A stretch of 64,000 nucleotides of DNA from Patescibacteria group bacterium. Its GTDB lineage: Bacteria; Patescibacteriota; Microgenomatia; JAMCZE01. The stretch spans positions 62,456 to 126,455 of the forward strand of contig JAMCZE010000001.1 of assembly GCA_023485845.1 (NCBI GenBank), in the 5' to 3' direction. The notes below the pieces were generated by a model, which saw only the letters and a list, made by a program, of their open reading frames with translations, was not told where the DNA came from and ran no database searches. This document shows positions 57,323 to 64,000 of this stretch, in pieces. The position numbers and the translations under genes are program-made. Numbering within the stretch: position 1 is the first letter of the stretch; each line of letters opens with the position of its first letter.

Positions 57323-58506
57323 AAAATAATTTGATAGGTAAGGGACATAAGCCAACTAAGAATCAATCGACCTTTAATAAGGCAATATCTCTTCAAAGTC
57401 ATCTAAAGAATTCAAATTTTCCTAAAATTCGGAATTTTATCATAAATGACCCAGACTCAATTAGATTTGAACCATTTTTGAACAGAGATCTACTTAGGTT
57501 AAATTTAGAGAGTCTGCAAAAAATAAAGCCGAATGAGACTAAGGTAATAAAGCAGGTGAAAGAAGAAATTGGCCGTATTGACAAAATTGTTAATAAAACA
57601 CCAGATATTATGACTAAGAATCTTCGGCCTTTATCACGAAGCTTAAGTAAGTCACCGAAGGTTTCGATTATCACAACTTCAATGAACCTGGCTCCACTAT
57701 TAGATGAGACGATGAGATCGATTTTCAATCAGGAAGGGGATGATTATGAATATATTGTCATTGATGGCGGATCGTCTGATAACTCTTTAAAGTTAATGAA
57801 GAAATACCCAATTTCGGTTTTGATTTCCGAAAAAGACAGTGGCTATCCAGAAGCTTTCTGGAAAGGGCTACGTTTGGCAAAAGGGAAGTATATTATGCAG
57901 TGTTGTATTTCTGATGGCTATGCTTCACCATCTTGGGTCAAGAAATGTGTCCAATTTCTTGATAGCCATAAAGATATCTCTTTGGTTTGGGGAAATGCGT
58001 CTGGTTTATCTGCAAAAGGTCAAATGGTTGATATTACTTATCCGCGTTTTGTTTACGAAGAGGCACCGCAGGGTGAACAAATGTTTTCTTATTGGTTAAA
58101 GACGGCATTTCATTACCCGGAGGTAAACCTATGCGTCAGGAAAGAAGTTATTCTTAAATGCTATCCACCCATGCCCTGGCGAAACGAAGATATGTTGGAT
58201 TGGTTGGAATTTGACTACCGGTTTAATAAATCAGGTTATCTTTCAAAATATTTACCGATTCTGGCCAGTTTTCATTATCTTGAGCACGGCAACAAATTAG
58301 GCAAGAAACTTGACAAAAATGGTTGGTACCAGAGAGTATTAAAAATACACAAAAGAAGAATTTGGTTTTACAAATGGCAGTTATTACTTGGTTTTGCTAC
58401 ACACCGTTTTGTAAACTCTAAAGAAGAAGAACTATCTACCAAGTTTGATCACAACAAGTTAAGACAAGAAACGCTTTCAGAAATTAAATCACATCTGCTG
58501 CAATGA
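57319..58506 (+). CDS. GT2 glycosyltransferase with C-terminal extension
   Basis: VSIITTSMN..YEYIVIDGGSSDNS GT2 signature. Confidence 0.7.
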   Translation: MKNNLIGKGHKPTKNQSTFNKAISLQSHLKNSNFPKIRNFIINDPDSIRFEPFLNRDLLRLNLESLQKIKPNETKVIKQVKEEIGRIDKIVNKTPDIMTKNLRPLSRSLSKSPKVSIITTSMNLAPLLDETMRSIFNQEGDDYEYIVIDGGSSDNSLKLMKKYPISVLISEKDSGYPEAFWKGLRLAKGKYIMQCCISDGYASPSWVKKCVQFLDSHKDISLVWGNASGLSAKGQMVDITYPRFVYEEAPQGEQMFSYWLKTAFHYPEVNLCVRKEVILKCYPPMPWRNEDMLDWLEFDYRFNKSGYLSKYLPILASFHYLEHGNKLGKKLDKNGWYQRVLKIHKRRIWFYKWQLLLGFATHRFVNSKEEELSTKFDHNKLRQETLSEIKSHLLQ

Positions 58507-59528
58507 AAAAAATTTTTCTTGCAGTTCCGAACCCACTTTTCGCGAATAATGGTATATTTACCCGGAAGGATTGGAATCATACATTTGACTGCTGGAGGGG
58601 GTTAAGAGTTCGATTAAAAAAACTTGGTTATAGCCTTACTACTCCCGATAATAATTCACTATCAGGTTGCGAGTGGGTGATTTTTATTGATACGTCAAGC
58701 GTTGATGGTCTTTCCAGTGATAAAAGTTGGCCTAATAGGCAATTATATTCAGAAGCATTAAGAGTAAACCTAAAAAGTAAAATGATATTGTTTCTGTGGG
58801 AAGGAAAAGTTATTAATTCCATCAATTACGCAAGAGAAACGTGGGATAAGTTTGATAATATTTTTACCTGGGATGATGATTTAGTAGACAACCATAAATT
58901 TCACAAATTCTATTTGCCCGTACCGAATGTGCCACCGGTTAAAAAAACTATACCGTTTAATAAAAAAAAATTATTGGTTAATATCTCAATAAATAAATAT
59001 GCAAAAGGACCGAATGAATTATATTCAGCCAGGAGAAAAACGATTGAATATTTTGACAATAACTTTCCTAATGATTTTGATCTTTTTGGCCCTCGATGGA
59101 ACAAGCCAATAAACACTTTTCAAAAATATCTTCCCTGGACATGGAAAAAATATCGTACATATCGCGGCGTGTCGTTTAATAAACTTAAAACCTTGTCTCA
59201 ATATAAATTTACCCTTTGCTATGAGAATATGACAGGTTCAAAGGGGTGGGTGACAGAGAAAATATTTGATGCCCTTAAAGCTAAAAGTGTGCCTATATAT
59301 TGGGGGGCGCCAAATATTGGAAAGTATGTAGACAATGATGTGTTTATTGACAGGCGAAATTTTTCTAGTGAAGAGAAACTGGCAAAATTCCTGATGCATA
59401 TGACAGAAAATGAATATAATAACTATATAATCTCCGGCGAGCAATATATAAAAAGCAGCAGATTTAATAAATTTTCATCTAGATATTTCGGCGACACGAT
59501 CCTAAAACTACTTAAAATTAATGCATAA
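58503..59528 (+). CDS. GT10-family (alpha-1,3-fucosyltransferase-like) glycosyltransferase
   Basis: KFTLCYENMTGSKGWVTEKIFDALKAKSVPIYWGAP matches the GT10 motif of H. pylori FutA (KFxLxFENS..GYVTEKI.DA....PIYWG.P) as I recall it. Confidence 0.7.
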   Translation: MKKIFLAVPNPLFANNGIFTRKDWNHTFDCWRGLRVRLKKLGYSLTTPDNNSLSGCEWVIFIDTSSVDGLSSDKSWPNRQLYSEALRVNLKSKMILFLWEGKVINSINYARETWDKFDNIFTWDDDLVDNHKFHKFYLPVPNVPPVKKTIPFNKKKLLVNISINKYAKGPNELYSARRKTIEYFDNNFPNDFDLFGPRWNKPINTFQKYLPWTWKKYRTYRGVSFNKLKTLSQYKFTLCYENMTGSKGWVTEKIFDALKAKSVPIYWGAPNIGKYVDNDVFIDRRNFSSEEKLAKFLMHMTENEYNNYIISGEQYIKSSRFNKFSSRYFGDTILKLLKINA

Positions 59529-60333
59529 TATGGCTAATTTAGCCAAGCGACTTATTCTCTTATTGGCACAGTTGTTCAATATTAATCTGACACTTTTAGC
59601 CTATCGGGCAAACGGGATTTTGAATTCTGGTTCGCTTAGCAAGACGGGAGAGCAATTTGTTATCGACGAAGTGCTGCCAAAATTAATCGCCGCCAAAATA
59701 CCAATTTTTTTTGATGTTGGTGGCGATACTGGAGAAACTTCGGAGGAATTAATCAAAAAATTTCCTAACAGTAGACTCTTTTCGTTTGAACCAAACCCCA
59801 TTGGATTTATAGCGATGAGGAATAAGCTTAAGGCATACCCCCATGTCATATGCGAGAACTTAGCACTTGGTAATAAATCAGGGAGAGTTAAATTATATCG
59901 ATATCAAAAGTATAAAACTGGGCTGATCACGGGATCAAAAGTTGCGTTATCAGAGTTCTACAGAACGCGCGGTAAGATAGTTGAATTTTCTCGCTCCATG
60001 AAGACAATCGATCAATATTGCGGACTACGTCAAATTAGAACCATAGATTTTCTGAAAATCGATGTTGAAGGTAACGAACTAAACGTGTTAAAAGGCGCAA
60101 AAAAAATGATTAAACAGAACAAAATTAAAACCATTCAGTTTGAGTTTAACAATTTTAATGTTATTAACAGAACGTTTTTGTATGACTTTTATAAGTTGTT
60201 GCCCAATTTTGACTTATATCGAATTAGGAGAGGGGGTCTGGTTTATTTAGACCATTATGATAGTATAAATGAGATTTTTAAATTCCAAAATATACTTGCA
60301 GTGATAAAACATGGTAATGACAAAACAATTTGA
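59521..60333 (+). CDS. FkbM-family SAM-dependent methyltransferase
   Basis: FFDVGGDTGETS, FEPNP, IDFLKIDVEGNELNVLKGA motifs typical of Methyltransf_21 (FkbM). Confidence 0.75.
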   Translation: MHNMANLAKRLILLLAQLFNINLTLLAYRANGILNSGSLSKTGEQFVIDEVLPKLIAAKIPIFFDVGGDTGETSEELIKKFPNSRLFSFEPNPIGFIAMRNKLKAYPHVICENLALGNKSGRVKLYRYQKYKTGLITGSKVALSEFYRTRGKIVEFSRSMKTIDQYCGLRQIRTIDFLKIDVEGNELNVLKGAKKMIKQNKIKTIQFEFNNFNVINRTFLYDFYKLLPNFDLYRIRRGGLVYLDHYDSINEIFKFQNILAVIKHGNDKTI

Positions 60334-61129
60334 TGTTCCTATTCTACTGTTAATTTTTAATCGACCTGAGATGACAAGAAAAGTGTTGGCATCTATCAGG
60401 TTGATAAAGCCGAAAAAGTTATACATTGCGGCTGATGGGCCAAGAGACAAGGGCGATATCTCTAAATGCCTTGCGGCTAGGAAAATCGTTAAGGAAGTTA
60501 ACTGGCCTTGTCGGGTAAAAACTCTCTTCCAAGACAATAATTTGGGTTGCGGACTTGGACCTGTGACCGGTATTAATTGGTTCTTTAAGCATGTGGAAGC
60601 AGGAATTATTCTGGAAGATGATTGCCTGCCAGCCCCCTCCTTTCTTTACTTTTGTCAGGAATTATTGAACCACTACTGGAATAATTCCAGTATAATGCAC
60701 ATCAGTGGTAATAATTTCCAATATGGCAAAAAATTTGGGCATGGGTCTTATTATTTTTCGCAATATACTCACAATTGGGGTTGGGCTACCTGGCGCCGCG
60801 CCTGGAGACATAATAACTACCGACTTTTAAGCCGGGAGAAAAGAAAACAAGTGTGGGATAAACAATGGCTCATGTCGGTGGAAAAGGCAAAGGGGCTGGC
60901 GATTCTTCCAAATGTTAATTTGGTTTCTAATATCGGGTTTGGAGCTGAGGCAACGCACACAAAAAAGATAGAACGATATGCCAAGCTTCCACTTCAGACA
61001 ATGAAATTTCCGCTAGTTCATCCAAAGTCCATATCAAGGAATGTTATGGCTGATTTTCTCACCTACCATAACCATTTCGGAGGGAGCACTCTTGGCTTTA
61101 TCTTTCAGGAGCTGTCTAAATTAATATGA
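60311..61129 (+). CDS. GT-A-fold glycosyltransferase, GNT-I/HlpA-like
   Basis: LLIFNRPEMTRKVL..LYIAADGP..GIILEDDCLP motifs. Tentative. Confidence 0.45.
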   Translation: MVMTKQFDVPILLLIFNRPEMTRKVLASIRLIKPKKLYIAADGPRDKGDISKCLAARKIVKEVNWPCRVKTLFQDNNLGCGLGPVTGINWFFKHVEAGIILEDDCLPAPSFLYFCQELLNHYWNNSSIMHISGNNFQYGKKFGHGSYYFSQYTHNWGWATWRRAWRHNNYRLLSREKRKQVWDKQWLMSVEKAKGLAILPNVNLVSNIGFGAEATHTKKIERYAKLPLQTMKFPLVHPKSISRNVMADFLTYHNHFGGSTLGFIFQELSKLI

Positions 61130-62010
61130 ATATCCTTAATCCAATTACCAAAAATAGAAATGTTGTTTTGGAAGAAAAAATTTCCATTTCTCGTGTTATT
61201 AGAGAGTATCGAGACCAACTGCATGTTAATGTTAGACGGTTTTTTCGTGGCCATAAAGAAATAAGCATCTATCGGTGTTTAGACACCGGGTACCGTTTTT
61301 ATTACCCCTTTAATCTTGCTGGTGACAGTTTGTTTTACCAAAGACTAGAAAGATTTCGTTGGTATTACATGGATTGGAAATGGGAGCAGGAAATTGCCCA
61401 GAAAGAAATCAGCCACACAGATGTCATCCTGGAGATTGGCTGTGCTAGGGGTGGGTTTCTCGACAAAGTCAAGACAAGTTGCAGAGAGAGTATCGGATTA
61501 GAGACAAACCAAAAGGCCCTGACTGCCGCCAGAAAGAGAGGTTTGAGTGCTTTTAATCAAACGATCGAGGAATATGCTAAAGCTAATAAAAGGCAATATG
61601 ATGTCGTCTGTTCGTTTCAGGTTCTTGAGCATATTCCTGATGTTCAAGGCTTTATTTTGTCTTCGCTTGCCGTCTTAAAAAAGGGCGGAAAAATGATTAT
61701 TAGTGTGCCCAATAACGATAGCCTTGTGATTCGAAACAATAATATTGCCTTAAACTTTCCGCCCCATCATATGGGGCTGTGGAACCTTAATTCATTAATC
61801 AAGATTCAGAATTTTTTTGATATACGACTTGATAAAATCTTGCTTGAGCCGCTGCAGCCCTATCACTTAGGTTTTGCCCAAAGACGTTTTGCGATGAGCT
61901 CGGGTAAATTGATAAGGCTCATGCCAAAAAGTGTCACGGCCGGTATTATAGAAGCAGTTAGGGAAGATATTATTGGCCACACAATTATGGCTGTCTATAT
62001 AAAGAAATAG
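61126..62010 (+). CDS. Class I SAM-dependent methyltransferase
   Basis: ILEIGCARGGF (motif I), DVVCSFQVLEHI..LKKGGKMIISVP (motifs II/III). Confidence 0.75.
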   Translation: MNILNPITKNRNVVLEEKISISRVIREYRDQLHVNVRRFFRGHKEISIYRCLDTGYRFYYPFNLAGDSLFYQRLERFRWYYMDWKWEQEIAQKEISHTDVILEIGCARGGFLDKVKTSCRESIGLETNQKALTAARKRGLSAFNQTIEEYAKANKRQYDVVCSFQVLEHIPDVQGFILSSLAVLKKGGKMIISVPNNDSLVIRNNNIALNFPPHHMGLWNLNSLIKIQNFFDIRLDKILLEPLQPYHLGFAQRRFAMSSGKLIRLMPKSVTAGIIEAVREDIIGHTIMAVYIKK

Positions 62011-62012
62011 TT

Positions 62013-64000
62013 ATGAGACAAGAGAATTCTATTAGTTTTGTTATGCCAGCGTATAACAGTGAACGTACCGTTAATGAGGCAGTTGAGTCAATTATTAATG
62101 GAAACCTTATAGACGGAGATGAGATTATTATTGTGGACGACGCGTCCACGGACAAAACGACAGAAAGGATTCAGACTTTAGCCGCAAAATATCCCATAAT
62201 AAGAATAATTCGTAACAGAGTGAACAAGGGTTGTCCAGCCTCAAGAAACATTGGAATAAGAGCGGCAAAAAATCTTCTCATTTTTAATCTTGATGCGGAT
62301 GATGTTTTGATAGCCGGAAGTGTTTCTAAACTGAAAGAATATCTCCTTTTTGAGAAAGCAGATGTCGCCGCCTTCGGAGAAATTCATTTTTTTAAGAATA
62401 ATACAAACGAAGTCACACATCGCTGGATACTTCCGTCTGGTATTCTTACTTTGGCAGACTATTTATCTGGACCGTATGTGCCCGGGGGAAATTATCTTTA
62501 CACTAAAAAAAGCTGGGCAAAAGTTAATGGCTATTGGGAATACGGAAAAGGACTTCATGAATTTTGGGGATTTAGCCTTAAACAAATTGCCTCTGGGTCA
62601 AAATTTATAGTGTTAGCAAACACCTTCTATTATCATCGATACAACCATAAGTCTCTTTTTATCCGGGAAACCAGTAGCAGTGATGACAGCTCTTTAATGG
62701 CAACGAAAATGACAAAGCCATTTCTTTCTTTAATAGAACCTCATGATCGGCAATATATTGAAAGTGAAGAGGGTAGCCGAACGTGGTTTACAAATCTGTC
62801 TAATCATCCGATCCGTGTCAAAAATAAAGAGATCGGCCGGCAAGGTATAAAGGAGGTTCTCGAGAAAAAAACGCGACCGTTTTTTGGCGGTTGGATTGGA
62901 TCAAAAGTGGAACGAGCACATGATTATTATCGATTTGCTAAGGACTTTGTAGCTTTTAAATCCATCCAAAATGATCGTTTCTTGGTTTCATGGAGAGATA
63001 GTCGACCCAGATTAGGTGAGGACACACCCAATACTGTCTTTGATCCCCATTACATCTATCATACTGCTTGGGCTGCTAGAATTTTGTCAAAGATCAAGCC
63101 AAAATATCATACCGATATATCATCTATTCTCTACTTTAGTTCGATTATTTCTGCCTTTATACCGGTAAGATTTTACGATTACCGTCCTGTTAATTTAAGG
63201 TTAAATAATTTAACCTCCGGCTTCGCGGATCTGACAAAGTTACCGTTTGCTGATAACAGCATCCCTTCACTTTCGTGCATGCATACCGTTGAACATATTG
63301 GGCTAGGTCGGTATGGGGACAAGCTTAATCCAGATGAAGACCTCCGGGCAATAAGCGAATTAAAAAGAGTTCTCGCCTATGGGGGGTCACTTTTGTTTGT
63401 GGTACCCATTGGTCGGCCAAGAGTTTTATTTAATGCCCACCGCATATATTCTCTAAATCAGGTCATCTCTTATTTTCCCGATCTTGAGTTAAAAGAATTT
63501 TCCTTAGTGCCAGACGACTATGATCGATTGGGAATGGTAGATAATCCGTCGGAGGAATTTTGTAACCAGCAAGATTACGCTTGCGGGTGTTTCTGGTTTA
63601 CAAAGAGGGAGCTCAAAACTTTTGGAAGTAGAAATAGTAAAAAATACTCAGTCGATGTAGTGATACCCGTCTACAACGGACAAGACTACATCATTCAAGC
63701 GATTGAGTCTGTCAATAAACAGACTTATAAACCGAATAAAATTATTGTTGTTGACGATGGGTCGACAGATAAAACGCCGGCGTTAATTAAACGTCTGAGG
63801 AAAAGCAATCAGACATTATTTTATTTGCGAAAAAGAAGAGGAGGGCCGAGCTCTGCCCGCAATGTTGGTATTAAATATAGCAATGCTGAATTCATTGCTT
63901 TTTTAGATGCTGATGATGTTTGGGAGTCAGCTAAACTGGAAAAACAAATTAAACTGTTTAAAAATAGCGACAATCAAAATTTAGGCGTTGTTTATTGCAA
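62013..64000 (+). CDS. Large multidomain protein GT2 - DUF268-like methyltransferase-fold domain - GT2, 3' end beyond window
   Basis: Hand-translated: no stop from ATG 62013 to nt 64000, so the ORF track omits it. N-terminal SFVMPAYNSERTV..IIIVDDASTDKT..LDADD. Middle ..SCMHTVEHIGLGRYGD..LAYGGSL..NAHRIYS. C-terminal VDVVIPVYNGQDYI..IIVVDDGSTDKT..LDADD. Confidence 0.6.
   Translation, partial: MRQENSISFVMPAYNSERTVNEAVESIINGNLIDGDEIIIVDDASTDKTTERIQTLAAKYPIIRIIRNRVNKGCPASRNIGIRAAKNLLIFNLDADDVLIAGSVSKLKEYLLFEKADVAAFGEIHFFKNNTNEVTHRWILPSGILTLADYLSGPYVPGGNYLYTKKSWAKVNGYWEYGKGLHEFWGFSLKQIASGSKFIVLANTFYYHRYNHKSLFIRETSSSDDSSLMATKMTKPFLSLIEPHDRQYIESEEGSRTWFTNLSNHPIRVKNKEIGRQGIKEVLEKKTRPFFGGWIGSKVERAHDYYRFAKDFVAFKSIQNDRFLVSWRDSRPRLGEDTPNTVFDPHYIYHTAWAARILSKIKPKYHTDISSILYFSSIISAFIPVRFYDYRPVNLRLNNLTSGFADLTKLPFADNSIPSLSCMHTVEHIGLGRYGDKLNPDEDLRAISELKRVLAYGGSLLFVVPIGRPRVLFNAHRIYSLNQVISYFPDLELKEFSLVPDDYDRLGMVDNPSEEFCNQQDYACGCFWFTKRELKTFGSRNSKKYSVDVVIPVYNGQDYIIQAIESVNKQTYKPNKIIVVDDGSTDKTPALIKRLRKSNQTLFYLRKRRGGPSSARNVGIKYSNAEFIAFLDADDVWESAKLEKQIKLFKNSDNQNLGVVYC

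Noticed and set aside
62849-62857. Strong SD-like AAAGGAGGT inside the last ORF, suggesting an internal gene start
   Set aside because: No in-frame ATG/GTG/TTG sits within 5-12 nt downstream. The sequence simply encodes G-I-K-E-V in the continuous 62013.. ORF.
1-64000. tRNA, rRNA, CRISPR arrays, prophage or integrase signatures
   Set aside because: No intergenic space larger than 88 bp exists. No spacer-repeat periodicity, no cloverleaf-sized gaps and no recombinase-like ORF were seen.

Overview
Interpretation of a 64-kb window read by eye from the sequence and ORF track; no database search was run. About 58 genes lie almost entirely on the + strand, with 1-40 nt start/stop overlaps, a single real intergenic gap of 88 bp, and two short antisense islands (12343..14132 and 34162..35528). 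No rRNA, tRNA, CRISPR, transposase, integrase or housekeeping gene was seen.

The window is a very large glycosylation locus. It holds at least 14 GT-C-fold integral membrane glycosyltransferases: PMT/ArnT-like with DE/DD motifs, YfhO-like, and DUF2029/GT87-like. It holds 7 small GT2 enzymes of the polyprenol-phosphate-sugar synthase type (DPM1/GtrB/CsbB-like), 8 GT4 enzymes, two WaaE-like GT2 enzymes, a Wzx flippase, an ArnE/ArnF-like SMR flippase subunit and a DUF2304 protein. The last ~19 kb (45.1-64 kb) has visibly lower GC and encodes an ABC-transporter-dependent pathway: Wzm, Wzt with a C-terminal extension, a split transketolase, an SDR epimerase, an Fcl-like::ColD-like fusion, a GT10 fucosyltransferase-like protein, an FkbM and other methyltransferases, and a GT2-DUF268-GT2 protein that runs off the window. 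Upstream sit GmhA and an HddA-like heptose kinase.

Gene compaction, overlapping starts and the GT-C expansion resemble Candidate Phyla Radiation (Patescibacteria/Microgenomates-like) genomes (inference). Several genes are disrupted: a 455-bp perfect tandem duplication, a poly-C junction, a deleted and frameshifted paralog, and a split GT4. Heptanucleotide repeats sit inside coding sequence.
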